The notes beneath the pieces are model-generated. The model was not told the DNA's origin. It did not search any database and was given only the letters and a program-made list of their open reading frames with translations. Shown in pieces: positions 25,354-39,200 of a DNA stretch of 64,000 nt; within the stretch, counting starts at the first letter, position 1; every line of letters begins with the position of its first letter. The stretch comes from Lama guanicoe (Eukaryota), in the NCBI GenBank assembly GCA_013239625.1, contig MU053652.1, positions 9,154,507 through 9,218,506 of the forward strand. Reading direction: 5' to 3'. The position numbers were made by a program, and so were the translations under genes.

Positions 25354-26972
25354 CTTCAGAGGGGAAAAAAAAAGTGCACTTATTGATACAACAGCCAGAC
25401 TCTAGGATTTTAACAAGTAGCACATTCTATGAAAATTTCTGTTGTATTTTAGTAAAGGCTAAAAAGTGACACTTTCCCACTGTGGCACTTTTATTCATGC
25501 CATTTCCTGTACCTGAAGTACTTCTTCCTTCCCTCCTACCTCCATCTGCTCAAGTCCCATCTTCCCACCCAGGAAAGGTCTCCATCAGGTGCTGCCTCCT
25601 CTCTTCGGCACAGTCTGATCTCTGCTGATGTGATCTCTGTCATTTTCAGTTGCCTCTTGTGTTTATCACTATTATTGCATTAATTGCGTGTTCCCTCATA
25701 CTTTTCTTTTCTGAACAATTCTTAACTCCCCTAGTAGATTGTAAACATAAGAACCGGAGTGTTTTTTTTTTATTTCTCTACTGCCTAGAACACTGTCTTG
25801 AATAGATCTGGCGTACAAATTCATTTTCATAAATAAAGGAACAAAGGCTATCTCCAAGTTTATGGTGTCTTTATTATTCTAGTTTGGAGTAATGAGGAGA
25901 ATTTCAACGATAAAAGATGGTCTATGATCAGACATTTTGTTGTTTTAAAATCCTTGAAGTAATCAAAAATTCCCTACCAGAGAAAACCACAGAAGAACTA
26001 CTAAAAACTATCATTTCAGTATTTTTCAGACCTGCTAACAATAAAAATCCCACTTTGGCATCATAAATAGATTAAGCAATTAATTTTAGGGAATTAGAAG
26101 ATTTGCTTGTCTTAGCTGGAAAAACAGTATTTTGAAGATCGTTCTGGGACTTCTTAAAATGAACTGAAGCCTATACTGGGAATCACGCCAAAAATGCAGC
26201 CCCATCAGGAAGAGGACTCTGATTCTTTCCGAAATACATTCATAATGTGATAATTTGGACTAACTGTGAGCATAGAAATGATAAAATTCATGATATTGTG
26301 CTAACGGAGCAAGACAATAAATATAATCTCTTCACAGGCCAGGTAGATTCGCCAAAGAGAGGGAGAAAAGGGTCTCTAAGGCCAGAAGAATGATTACATT
26401 CGTGGAATCCAGACTTCGCTTTCAGGGGACACCTGAAGTTACAAAAAGCCACTAGATGAGACTGTGCAGTTGACTTAAGTCAACCAACCGTTACTGTTAC
26501 CAAAACTATTTCAAGGACTCAACAAAAGCAAGCAAGCAGCAGCATCACAATGCGACCAAAAAGCTTTGTCTCTCACATTCTGTAGTTTTTTCTCATGAAC
26601 ACAGGAGGGCACCCAAAACTAACAACCAACCTTACAAATTGAAACAAATTTTATGTGCGGTTTTTAATAATAGAACTTTTAGCATATGTTATGCTATGTT
26701 AGCAGTGGTATATAAATGATTCAGAAAAATATACATTATATACTTTAAATAAATGTATGAATAACTTTTTATGAATTAGAGACAGAATTTTTCACTGTTA
26801 AAACTATAATGTTGTTTTTGTTCATTGAGGATGTAGGGTGGGGTGTTCTTTTAGGAATAAGAGGACAATTATTCCATTATCAAAAAACATGAATGCAGAA
26901 TTAGAAAGTGTATTCTAATTGAGGTCTGGACTACATCACTGTTACTCTATCTAGCGCCACTCTTATTAGTGT

Positions 26973-26986
26973 CCACCAGATGGCAG
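26973..26986 (+). promoter_or_regulatory. Candidate CTCF binding site
   Basis: CCACCAGATGGCAG matches the CTCF core consensus CCASYAGRKGGCRS at all 14 positions; motif only. Confidence 0.55.
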
Positions 26987-29958
26987 AAGACCACCAAATC
27001 ATCTCAAAAATGAGACACATAAACTGGAGGAACAGGATTGCCTCCCTCTTGCTTCTAATGAACCCCAGTTATTTTCAGAAAGTTGAAAGTGATTCTGGAC
27101 AATTTCATTTGTAGACTTTGTTCTCCTAAAATCAATCCCATTTTTATAGAATTAGAATGATTTCAAGTGAACTATCTCTTCCTCAAAGAAGAAACTCTTA
27201 AAACGCATTAAAGTTTTATGTATGCACATAAAACACAAAAACCTGAGAAGCTGTGAAAAACATTAACTTCTTATCTGTAAAATGCCCAAGGGACTACTTC
27301 CTAAATAGTACAAACTACTTTGGTCAGATGTCTATGTTTATCTCGCATCTTGGTAGTAGAAATCAGCAGGTACTTCAAATTTTAAGAATCAGCATTAATA
27401 TAAAGCAGGACTCTAAAAAGAAATTCGTATTTCCTTGCCAGCAGGTTTTAATTCCTATGCTTTATTCTTTACATATCTATAAAAGGTTACTGGCAATTTG
27501 TGTAATAATTTAAAATCGCATTATAATTAGAAATTCATTTTGTAAAACACCCTTTTTGTTTACTGATAATCATAGCTTAGTAATAGGCTATAAAGATTCG
27601 GCTGAATCTTATCTTTTAGATTCTGAAATACAGAACTTCATAAGACACTAAAAAGATACACAAAGATATAGACTTTAGAATGTATTCAAGAGAAAAATCA
27701 GTATAAAGAAAATCAGTACAGACCATATCAAGTCTGTGATCTGACAAAGATTGCCCTTCAATAAGGTACGACTGGACCTTTTAACTGACCATCTAGTTAA
27801 TTCCATACACACTACTTGATGTTCAAATATAAAGCTGTGTAATGACCATGGAATAGGTTATTAATTTGCACTAAATTTCCCAGGTTTTCCTTGTATTTTC
27901 TATTGAAATTGGTTTAATTACCTTATCAGAAGGACACACACTCTATAAAGTACCTGGATTGAAAACCAAGAAGGGTGTTCCAGATCAACATACACTCAAG
28001 ACACCAAATACAAGCTACCAATAGATATAATAAAATAGTAACGAAAATATAATTTCCTTGATTAGGGGGAGTTCAGAACCATGCTGAGGTCCCATTCCCT
28101 TGCATGCTTTCATTGCATGCTCTGATTCCTTTCTACAAGCTACATGTGATCTGGGTCGCGGTTACTGATTCTTTAAGGGACATTGGTCAAGAAGCAGAAT
28201 CTGGTTCCTGCAAGCCCTTGGTTATGAGCCAGACTGTGACAAATCTGGGGTCTATGTCAAGTCACACAGAATACAGGTCAGTGCTTCAGAACAAATGCAA
28301 AGGATCCTTACATGCAAAGAATGAGGATATGGTCTCCTTTTTAAGAGAGTGATAAGTGTTCTTACTTAGAGACTTACTTTTAACATTCAGTTCTCATCTG
28401 GTCAGTTCCAGGTACCCTTGGACATACAAATAAAGACAGTTCTGTCTCTTCCTTCAGGAAGACCGCTCCTCTGATAGCCTCTACTCGAATTCAGTGAGCT
28501 AGTAAATGCAACAAGTGCCTTCAGTTTCCAAATCCCAGACTCCATTCACAGAGGATGTAAAAGAAATTTTTCAAAACTCTGCCACTTAGACCAAACTAGG
28601 TCGTCCGTACTTTTCAAAATTACACGTTTTCCCACTAAGGGTTATAAAAGCTTCGCCACCTTAGTTGACACAAAGTCATTTCCGCTCTCATGGCTGGTGG
28701 GAACGGACGAGAAGAGTGACTACCTGTCACACAGGAGTGAGCAGGACTCCCAGAGCAAGTCCCGAAAGATTAATAGCAAAGCTCAGGTGTCACGAGAAGC
28801 ACGAGGAGAACATGACGACTCTGGCTGCGTTACGTCTCGTGATCAGCTAATGATGAAAGTTCGTGTCGGTGGTCAAGGGGAGGCATGAGTTTCCTTCCGC
28901 CTTTGTGTTCTATGCGCCCACCTTGGAAGAAGGGACACTTACTCTGAGGGAGCAGGTCCAGTTTTAGATCCATGGATTATAAGCAAAAATGCAAGCAGGG
29001 GTGAAAAGATAGGGTGGTGACTCTTGGGGAGTAGCAGAGAGAATGTCACAATTACCCGAGACGTGGCTAGGTTCTGACCCAGTATTTCCCACTGTCTTGC
29101 GGTCTAGTAAGGTTCCACACAGCCCACAAAAGAAGTCCTTCCACGAATGCACGCTGATAAACCCACCACTGATAAATCCTTGCTTGAGGTCTATGAGCCT
29201 CATTTTAAAAGGCATTCAGACAGGTAATTTGATGACTATTATGAAAGGAACTTGAAGATTTACAGACTCAGAGGACAACCAATATTAAGGTGGTAATTCT
29301 CCCTCAGGGGGTAGCAGATCTTAATGAAAGTAATATAAAGACTGCCACAAATGTTAAAAATAATACCTAGAAATGATCTGTCACTGTTCTGCACTTCTAA
29401 ATGCTACATGCCATTCCCTTCAGATAAAAAAACAAACAAACAAAAAAAACCCAACAACTTCCAAATTCTACTTAATTCAGTCCATTTTCTCTAGGAACAC
29501 ACGGTAACTTCTCCAACAGTTCAGTTTATGACACACAATCTTCTGAGAAGCACATAATCGTCATGTCATTTTTCTGCATATAGTTAGAATGCAGTGGTAA
29601 TTTACATGTGACCTTAATGAACGCTATTTACAACTACTGACCTTCAAGAAGGTGAGACTACTGATGCATAATTCATCATGACATTTTTCAAGAAATTACA
29701 GAAAGTTTCTCATAGCTCAAAGACAACATTAGGCTATAAAGACACTCCTTTCATGCTACCTGGCCTTGAAAAGCATTTTATATTCCATGGGTTTTTTTTT
29801 TAAGTTTGTATTAAGTATATTACCACGCTAGCAAATGAGATTTAAAGTGCATTTATAATTCTATTCAACAAACAAAAGCCTTAAACATGGAAAACTTGAA
29901 TAGTACCCAATACTCGAGGTGACAGTTTGCCCCCTCTACATATACATACGTACAGATG

Positions 29959-29975
29959 CACACACATCTCACACA

Positions 29976-30012
<37 letters not shown>
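29959..30012. repeat. (CA)n microsatellite
   Basis: Interrupted CA dinucleotide run of about 50 bp. Confidence 0.95.
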
Positions 30013-30016
<4 letters not shown>

Positions 30017-30039
30017 GTAACAGTAGCTATGTGTCCGGA

Positions 30040-30270
30040 GTGCATTATTTTCAAGAAACAGTACTGCTTTGCAAACTTCAGCTCATTTAAGCCTCACAAC
30101 ACCCCTACAAGGTGGCCAATTTAATCTCTCATTTTATAGGTGGAGAAACTGAGGTTTAGAGGAATTAAACAACTTGAGAATTTTCATAAAAGTAATGAGT
30201 ATTTGCACTGGGGTTTGAAACCAGAAATTGCCTGGACTTTAAAAGCTTAAGCTCTTCCCCCAGTGCCTCA
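30040..30270 (-). mobile_element. MIR SINE
   Basis: ctcatttaagcctcacaacacccctacaagg...cattttataggtggagaaactgaggtttagagga (MIR core); boundaries approximate. Confidence 0.8.
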
Positions 30271-31479
30271 GGAGGTCCTGCTTCTAGTGAGGGTCTCTCA
30301 GGTGGGATAAGGGGCCAGCGGGAAGCATCCTGTGCCTGGAAGGCACGGGGCAGAGCTGGGCTTCTCCGGCTCCACACGCCCGTCGTGTCTGTATGGTTAT
30401 ATTCACAAAGAGTGCTTATTCACTAAAAGACAGCTTTTACCAGCTCCTTCAAGATCAGATGGTTCTATTAAATTCCATGATCCTTAGAAAAGCCGAAGTC
30501 CATTCCATGAGGCCAAAAATAAATGCCTTTTAATAAGTGGCAGCGCTACATAAAAATGCAAAAATAGAGGACTGAAGTTCTGGTAAAGCACGCATTCACT
30601 CACTATGAGTTCTGCTATGAAGGCAAAAATGAATACAGCTTGATTTCCACCCTCAAGAAGTTGACATGGATATGCAGGCCTCATGTGGTTTTTGCTATTC
30701 TTTGCAATGTATTTTGCAAAATATATATTTTTTACAACATTTACTGAGAGCAGAATTCTGAGAATTTTTATGCCACCTGTTACCTCTCTCTTGGTCAAAA
30801 TGAGGATGTTAGATATTTATAAAAGCAAAATATATAAGTATAATCTGAATGTCCAAAACTGAGAAAGTGATTTAATAAGCTGCTCTGATTATAAATGGAA
30901 TAGTGCATAAAATTAAGAATGGTGTATTAATGATACATTTATATCATTAAATAAAGCAAAATCAGTTAATAGATAAATGTAGTACAGCCTCATTTTTGTG
31001 AGACATAATAATATATTTTTAATTTAAGAGAAAAGCCTAGGATATTCCTCAAAATTCCCATAGCAGTTATCTCTGGGTAATGACGTTACAGGAAACTTTT
31101 ATTTTCTTCTGTGTGCTTATCTGTATTTTCCACTTTTTTTTTTATAATGTTCATGTAATAAAAACATTTTCAGATAAAATTTTATAAAGATTAAATCCTG
31201 AACACAAATGCAATCCTCAACTCTTATTTCAAATTCAGTTCAAGAAGGGAGACAGTGTATCCATTAAGAAAAAAAAATCACGGGAATATGCACACGGAAA
31301 ACAAGTGCTTGGTGAATGCCAGTACTCATGATGGAAAATGCAAGAATTCAATTGTTCTACTGTTTGAAAAAAGCCAAGACAATTCTTTTATAAATCTGAC
31401 ATGTCATTAAAGTCACCAGTCTTTATTATAAAATTATATAAGCATAAATTATGTTCCTTTGTAAGTATAAAACATCACG

Positions 31480-31660
31480 GGGAGAGCTTGGAAGTCACTA
31501 GAACCAGGAAGACCTGGTTCAAATACTGACTCCAGCCATTTACAGTTCTGTGAACTTGGGTAAGCACTTAACATCAACTTGCCAAACTGTAAACTGAGGA
31601 CCATAAGGACAATGCCTGGCTGAACACACTGGGTCACATGACACCTGTGAGCTATTACTG
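31480..31660 (+). mobile_element. MIR SINE
   Basis: gacctggttcaaatactgactccagccatttac...tgtgaacttgggtaagcacttaac; boundaries approximate. Confidence 0.7.
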
Positions 31661-31829
31661 TTTTTGTTACAATTACTTCCGGCCTTCATGACTTAACTCT
31701 GAAAACAATAGCTTTCTACATTAAATCTGAACTACATATGGGTTTACGCATTGAATGGTGCAAGAGGGCATGCGTCAAGCATAGCCTGTCACATTTTTAT
31801 GATAAGGAAATGGATTCTTTCAGTTATTT

Positions 31830-32460
31830 GGTGAATATTTGATGAATGAGAGCTTTACTTTGGCCCAGCAATGGAGGTAAAGTGATAAAAGACTTGGTTA
31901 CTTCCTTTTGGAGCTCAGAGAGTGGTGGAGGAGACAGTTAAGGAAACAGACAATATCATACAATGGTAGCTGCTAGGAAGTTTGGATGCGCGGAATATAG
32001 GAGCTCCCAGGCACACGGCACAACTCCCATGGGCATCGTTCACCTTGTACTCGCTGGGCACGGCACCTTCATGAGTGCACTCCTGTGGCTATGCCAGAGT
32101 CACACTTGGTAGGGATGGAAGTAGAATCAGAGATGGCTCCCCAGTGGAGGCAGTGGTCTACTTGAGTCTTAAAGAAGGAGGAGATGAGCAAACGAAGACA
32201 GCAGGGAAGAACATATCATGGAGGGGAAACAGCGTGTGCAAGTGCCTCCTGGGAGAGCGTGGTCTGCCCATTTCAGGGGACCTCACAGAGTTCGGGACGA
32301 GGGACAAAGCTGGCTGGGGAGGATAAGCTCTAAGACCAGTGAGTACCAAACAGGTCTTAGCATGTAATGACAAACTGTTTGGATTTTATTCTGAAAGCAG
32401 TGGAAGACCCTGGGGTTTTTTAATAAACTACAGTTGATAAAAGTACATGACAGAAAAAGA
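31830..32460 (+). mobile_element. L2 LINE fragment (degenerate)
   Basis: Purine-rich L2-like text (cttgagtcttaaagaagg...gaggggaaacagcgtgtgcaag...tttggattttattctgaaagcagtggaag); strand denotes the purine-rich reading; boundaries approximate. Confidence 0.55.
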
Positions 32461-33652
32461 ATCATATTTATTTATTTTGTTATTTGGTCATTTATATTTT
32501 AGAAAAAGAGATGGTTAAATTGTTTATTTTTTCTAATTAATTGTGTATTACTTACTAGACAGGAAGTTTTAGTATTTAGCATTGCTGGTAGAAATATAAT
32601 TAAATTTCCTCACTTTGCGGCAATATAATTTGAAACAATGTCACATTAAATGCAGCTATTCATCACTTGTCTTGTGCTCTGGGTTTTTTTTTGTTGTTGT
32701 TGTTAAAGGATAAACAATTCTCCCAAATACCACACTGAAACAATAAAAACATGCTGTTTTAATGCCTAATCTTCAAAAGCAGGCAGTTATTGAATTAATA
32801 TTATACATGCCCCAAAATTCATTGCAGGGCTGGGATCAAAGAAGACCATGTACTTGGAAAGGTTTTCCATCCCCAAAGCAAAGGCCACTTCAACTATTTC
32901 TTTCATGAACCAGTGCACCCTCAGTGTGAACTGAAAAGAACAAGTCAGCAGATGCAACTGAGTGTGTCCCCTGGACGTTTTCAAAGGCTTCTGACAGCTG
33001 TGTCGGCTTCAAAAGGCAGAGAAGCCACTCCAGAGACTTTCCCTCTGCCTCCTCTCCATTGCCTACTTGACAAGGACAAACTTCTTTTCTTTCAAAGAAG
33101 GAAACTAGGCGAAAGTCTCACTTTTTATTCATTAATAATTCAGTGCCTTTGGTTTCAATCCTTACTGGGCACTAGGCTTCCCTGGGAGCTGCCAACACAG
33201 AGATGAGCACTTGTTTAAAACCCAAATCACGCATCACGACTCAGGTCAAATGTGGTTCTCCCACGGAGACTCCCTAATCATCCTAACCAGCGGATCCGAA
33301 GCCCTCACCCCTTATTCATTCCTCTCGTATAGCTGTTGGTGAAGGCAGAAGCTACAAAGTGAATTTGGAGGGGTGTGTGTGTGGCTTTAAAACCTACTTC
33401 CCTTACTGAATCTCAGTGTTTCTTATCTGCAAAATGGGGTTGTTTACATGGGGAAGCGCACATATTTTAAATTGGCGTTTTATAAATATGGAGGCTGAGG
33501 TTCAGAGAAGTTAAACAGCTTACCTAAAGCTACAAAGCTATCATCAAAATATTTCCAAAAATCTACGTCTTATATATTTTCCATTACATCACAGTACCAC
33601 CTCCAACACAGAATCTATAGGAATTGTAGAAAAAGTGTATTTCAACACATAC

Positions 33653-33803
33653 CTGCTTCATGAATCTCTTCCTTTCCCGTGTATGAGGAAAACACCTGCC
33701 TAGAGAACTTGTACTGTTGTTCTCGAAAATTATTTTGCAAGTAGTCCATCAGCATGACGTAACCAGACTGCTGCATTGTAAGAACTTCACAAAAAACAGC
33801 CAA
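33653..33803 (-). CDS. PTPRZ1: PTPRZ1 exon 8 (151 nt), end of CA-like domain
   Basis: ttccag|TTGGCT...GAAGCAG|gtatgt; [50 protein letters not shown]; phase 0-1. Confidence 0.97.
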
Positions 33804-33953
33804 CTGGAAAGAAGACCATTTAACATGTAATTTAACATATCTACTTCAAAGGGATCAGTAAGTGCATTGAAATAGATGCTCTGCAGTGAAGCTTAGAAAG
33901 TAACTTTTTAAATTGCTTCAAATTACTTCATGTGTTTGAATTTCCAAGATTAC

Positions 33954-34111
33954 CTGGCTTTCAGAGATGCTAACTGTATCTTTAAAAACAATCCAGTCAA
34001 CAGTGTCTGTGCAGGGAGGAGACGTCAGGGAGCCATTGTACGTGTAATACTTGTCAGTTGAGTTTGGCAGAAGGTTCAGCAATGTGAACGGATTTAACGC
34101 AGCCTGTTTCC
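33954..34111 (-). CDS. PTPRZ1: PTPRZ1 exon 7 (158 nt), CA-like domain
   Basis: ttgtag|GGAAACAG...AGCCAG|gtaatc; [52 protein letters not shown] with the GSLTxPPC motif; phase 1-0. Confidence 0.97.
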
Positions 34112-34239
34112 CTACAAAGGAGTAACATACATCTTAGCCAAAACCCCAATGCTGGAACTTATCTGTTCAAGGCTTCCATGAAGCAGAGACATATGCTTTG
34201 GTATGTATTTAATCAGAACTGAAATTTTAACAACATTTT

Positions 34240-35790
34240 AGATATATCTCACAAATGGTGATAAAACTCCGAATCTTCTTGCATATATCAGTACCTAGTG
34301 TTATTAGGTGCTTTATCTTTACACGGGCAAGATGCCAGAGAGATTATTTTTATATATAAAAGGTATTGAGAAATCATATGGCCATCTGAATAGATACAGT
34401 AAAATCATTTGATAAGATTCAACACCAGTTCGTGGAAAACAAAAACAAAACTTTATTCTGATGAATTATCTTTAAAAGTCTACAGTAAACATCATATTTA
34501 AGGATGATTTCTTGAAAGCTTTCCTTCTAGAGACAAAGAATGAGATAAAGCACCCTACTATGACCATTTCTATCTAACACTGAACGGGAAGGCTATGTAC
34601 TTTATTCACTTACAATAAAGTAAGAAAAAGAAAAAAAAGTCCTGAAGATTGGGTAGGAGAAAATGATATCATCATCATTTGCAACTTACATGATGGAGCA
34701 TGTAACATATCAAAAATAACTTATAGATGATTAGAATTAATAAGTGCATGTCGCAAAGTCACTGCATACAAGAGCCATACACAAACTTAACTGTATTTCC
34801 ATGGGCAACAAACAATAGAAAATGAAACTTAAAACAACATAACACAATAGCAGCAAATATCAAATACAAAGTAAATCTAATAAATGACATGTAAAACGTC
34901 TATATTAAAAATTTTTAAACTTTTCTTGAGAGAATTAGATAGACCTTAAAATGGTGGGAAACATCATATTAATGGAAAGACTCAGTCTGGTGAAGATGTT
35001 GATTTCCACCAAATTGTTTTATGGAGTCAATGAAATCGTAATCAAAATCCCAGATGGGTTGGATTGTGTGTGTGTGTATTAATTAACAAGCGGGTTTTAT
35101 AATTTAAATGGAGTTGCAAAGAAAAGTTAAGACAATCTTGACCAATAACAAAGCTGTAGACACCAGACATCCATACATATGGATTGTGTGTGTGTGTATT
35201 AATTAACAAGCGGGTTTTATAATTTAAACGGAGTTGCAAAGAAAAGTTAAGACAATCTTGACCAATAACAAAGCTGTAGACACCAGACATCCATACATAT
35301 ACGGTTACTTGATTTATGACGGAAAAACCACCATGTAGTTAAAATGATGGCCTTTCCAATAAACAGTGCTGTATCAACCGAAATCCTTATGGGAGTACAT
35401 GAATCTTTATTCCCTACTTCACACCATAAGCACAAGCCAGTTCTAAATAGAGTGTAGATCTAAATGTGAACAGAATACTAAAGCTTTTAGAGGAAAACAC
35501 AGAAAATTATCTTAATAACCTTAGAGTGGGCTGAGAGTTCTGAAATAACATGCAAAAAGTGTTATTCATCAAGGGAAAAGTGATGTCTGTGGTACTCAGG
35601 ACCAATTTGTCAACAGTCACCATCAAGAGAGTAAAATGGCAAGACAAAGAGTGGAAAATATATTTCAGGTTTTACATACCCATACAATAAAAGTAATGAT
35701 TTATTCTGGCTATATATACAAATATACAGAACTTGTATTGAGAACAGAGAATTCCCACAAAAAAGTTGGTAGAGCTTTCCTAAGTGTTCC
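34240..35790 (+). mobile_element. Old L1 ORF2/3' fragment, decayed
   Basis: aaatcatatggccatctgaatagatacagtaaaatcatttgataagattcaacacc, attagaattaataagtg, tagatctaaatgtgaa and aaagcttttagaggaaaacacag are typical L1 ORF2 segments; no long ORF left. Confidence 0.85.
35061..35300. repeat. 120-bp direct tandem duplication (2 copies, 1 mismatch)
   Basis: 35061-35180 equals 35181-35300 except T35109 / C35229. Confidence 0.97.
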
Positions 35791-36105
35791 ATCCAGCTTT
35801 AGAACCTTGAAACAATCCAACTATATCTGTCTCCCTGAAGAGTCCCATTTTTTTGATCTTGCATCTTCCCAACAGCACTTACCGATGGCACTGCCTTGGC
35901 CATTTAGTTCTTTGTGTACCAGTCCTCACTCATACGGGCAGCAATCTGCTTACCAGTGAGGCCTGTGTCTAACTTATTTCCCCATCCTTTTCACTACCCA
36001 GGCCATTGCATGTCCTCTGCTCTGTCTTGTAGATTTAGGTCATTAAGAAATAATAGTCCCTGGAGCCAACTGAATCTAGCTGAAGTGACGCGGCAGAGTG
36101 CAGAG

Positions 36106-36277
36106 CAGTAGTTTCATCCTTATGCAAGTGCTGTGGGGAGCACCAAACAATACCAGAGTCCCAGACCCCATCCTAGACTCTTGAAATTTAAATCTCGAGC
36201 AGTGGGACCTAGACATGCACATTTTTAAAAAAAGCATCCCCAAGTGATTCAAACATGCAGCCAGGGTTGAAACACTT
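36106..36277. mobile_element. MER5-like DNA transposon relic
   Basis: ccagaccccatcctagac...atttttaaaaaaagcatccccaagtgattcaaacatgcagccagggttgaaac. Confidence 0.75.
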
Positions 36278-39200
36278 CAGTAGCGTGAAGCCTTTGCAAG
36301 GTTTTAGTCTTACTGAGCCCCACTTTCCTCATTACAAAATGAAATAGCTGGACCAGATGATCCTAACAGTGTTCTTACAGCCCTAAATGATAGGAAGACT
36401 GGACATATCCAGAAAGCCTGAAGGAAAAAAAAGATTTCCATTTAAAAGATAAATTATTGAATGTTAATTTTTCTGCAATACTGAAACTTCTGAAGCAAGA
36501 AGGGATACAGCTGATAAAGTTATAGACAACGGCTTCCAGTCTGAATTTAAGACTAAATCTTGGAAGTAAAAACAAATTGACAGGATTGATAGTGTCATGT
36601 AGATAGAAACTAAATCTAGTTTTAATCTATTTGGAAATTCAAGCTACATTAGGTTTAACAGGTTAATTAGTAACTTCTAAAAGTATGTCTTCCTCCCCTC
36701 CAATGTCAAGGCAAGATTATTTAGAACTCAGACTCAGATTCAAGTTCTCAGAAACAAAGGAAAATATTTATTTTTAATATGTGAATATTTTTCCATTTTT
36801 AGATTCATGTTTTTTTAAAAAAATTGTTATTAAATAACCTCCTTCATAATCATCAAAGGACTACAATTCTTCCTTTCTCTGATGAAGACAAAATGTATCT
36901 TACAAATGTCCCATGGAAATGTCGAGGTGGAGAACGGTAACAAGGTAAGGAGCCAGAAACTGACTCACTGCTAAACTAGGTGGGAAACGACCGAGAGGCC
37001 AGAAAAGGGAAAACAGAAGATCTGAACAGGAAAGGTGAAACAGATAATTTTCATGAAATTGGGAAAGAAATTAAAGGGGAAAAAAGTTAAGAAGAAGAGA
37101 AAAAATCAGAAGGAAGTTTTGATTCCATCTTCCCTCATCCCAACATAGAGCCCATTCCTTCTGCCTCTGAGCCCCAGGACCACATATCTAGTCTCTGTTA
37201 TGGACACATTAATGGTTTTGTACCTTTTTGTTGTTGTTACATACACACATGTCATAAGTTTCTTTCCACTATCACGAGACTGCAATTACACTATTACTTT
37301 CCAGTTACACCACTATCTTATGAGAAAATTGGACTAAGGTTGTTTTTTGCACCTTGAAAAAAACATGCACTTCGTCTGAATAACCTCACTGTTGCTAACA
37401 CAAGAGAGAATCACCCCTGAGCCAGTGCCGCTCTGTTTGTGATCAGTCACACACTCAATCCATACTTTTCATTTGAATGTGAATAATGACTAACCAACCA
37501 GTCGGATCCTCCTCCTAAGGAAGGTAGACAGTACGAGGTGGCGGGGGGAGATGAGGAGGGTGAGAGGCAGGGAGATAAAGGCAAAGACCACAGTCGGGCC
37601 CAGTGCAAGAGAAGAGCCATTGAATATTTAAAACCAACTCTTATCACGCAGGACAATGACGCTTATTCTGGGGCCACGTCAACACTGCCTGTGAGGACTT
37701 TTCAATATCCAAATTACCGGGCTGCATTTGTGATTAAGAAAGTACCACAAATCATTCTGATGAGAACTCCCATTTGAGAGTCACTGATGATGGGACCCTG
37801 GGTGTGTCTCTTCCTTGCAGTCTGAAAAGATTTCAACTAATATTTTTTGCTTTCCTGGGCTCTGCTGGGGCAATATGAATGTATCATCTCTGTATTGTCA
37901 CAATACCATCCTCTTTCTCACCACTTCACGTGAGAGCAGTGCCTAACATGGAATGGGTATGATGGAAGGGAGGGAAAGAAAAAAGGTAAGAAAGAGGGAA
38001 AAGGAAAGAGGAATGCGTTTGTCTCTTAGATATATAAGAAATGAGCAACCAGCCCACATTGTAATAAGATAGATTTTATAATCCAAATGACGGGTGATAA
38101 GTGTTGTTGTTTTGAATAACTCACATTATACGGAGACCATGCAGCAGAATTTGGGAGCTGACGGGCATTTCCTTGTCCTAAGGACAAGCACTGCCTTCAA
38201 GTTCCCAGCAGCGATGGCCTGCAGCCAGCACTGGGAAGCCTTCCCTTTACTGGGCACTGGGGGATTTTCTAGACTCTGAAAAAAGACTAAATTTAATCCA
38301 ACAATTCTCAAAATGAAAACGTTTAACTTTGGGAGGATTTAACTTTTTTAGTTTGGACAGGTCATATCTCACAACCATTCAAGTCAAACTGACATGTGTT
38401 TCACCTGTGTTCTGAAACATTTAACTAATATAAATCTCTACAATATATTGGAACAAACTTTATGAACAGACTAGGATCTAAATCCTGGCTCTACCACCTG
38501 CCCCCTACATGGGCTGAGGTATCCTTGCTAAATATGTGGAAATATTAAGTATCTAGTAGATGAATTGATAGGCATGGAGGATTTTAATTTTTTGCTAAAA
38601 GAGGAGGTAAGAAATTGTTGCCTGGGTAGAGAGACAGAAGATAGAGAGGGTGACAGAGGGCAGACTAGCGCATGCTCCCAAGCAGCCCAAGAAACGATTT
38701 GTTCCGCTTCCAAATTAAGAGCCAGGACCCAGGCAGAATGCTGTTGGGGAATCCATATTCCCAGGAAGGGTATTACACAGCAGGGCTTTGATGATACAGC
38801 CCCACCCCGCCCCACCCAGTGGCTTAGACAGTAGATATTAAAGAGGAAACTTTAGTCAAAGAGTATGAGCAAGCTGGTCCTTAAGCTCATTCTACACCCT
38901 CCTAGAGAGCCCCAGGAATAACTGAAGAGGCCTCAAAAGAAAGTGGCCGAAGTGCCCAGTTACGCGAGTCAGGGCTAACACCAATGTTAGCATCACTCTG
39001 GTTGCCCCCACAGGCTGGGCAAAGCCTAGGAACATTCAGATTCATATTTCACGTAACTTTAAGTGTAGGAATTCAAACTAGCTGCCTCCTTGCAGCCTGC
39101 ATAGATCCACTTTCTGACTAAACCAGGGAAAACTTAAGTGTGGCCTACAGAGGTCAACGCTGAATTTTGCAACCTAGGTGGATGGAGGGAGATACAGCTT

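Noticed and set aside
28680..28900. Locally CpG-richer patch as a CpG island or internal promoter
   Set aside because: Too short and only modestly GC-rich; no supporting promoter elements.
35042..35435. Repeat-containing peptide ORFs, or a CRISPR-like array
   Set aside because: Only two contiguous copies with no spacers, inside a decayed L1 in a eukaryotic intron; the ORFs simply mirror the 120-bp duplication.
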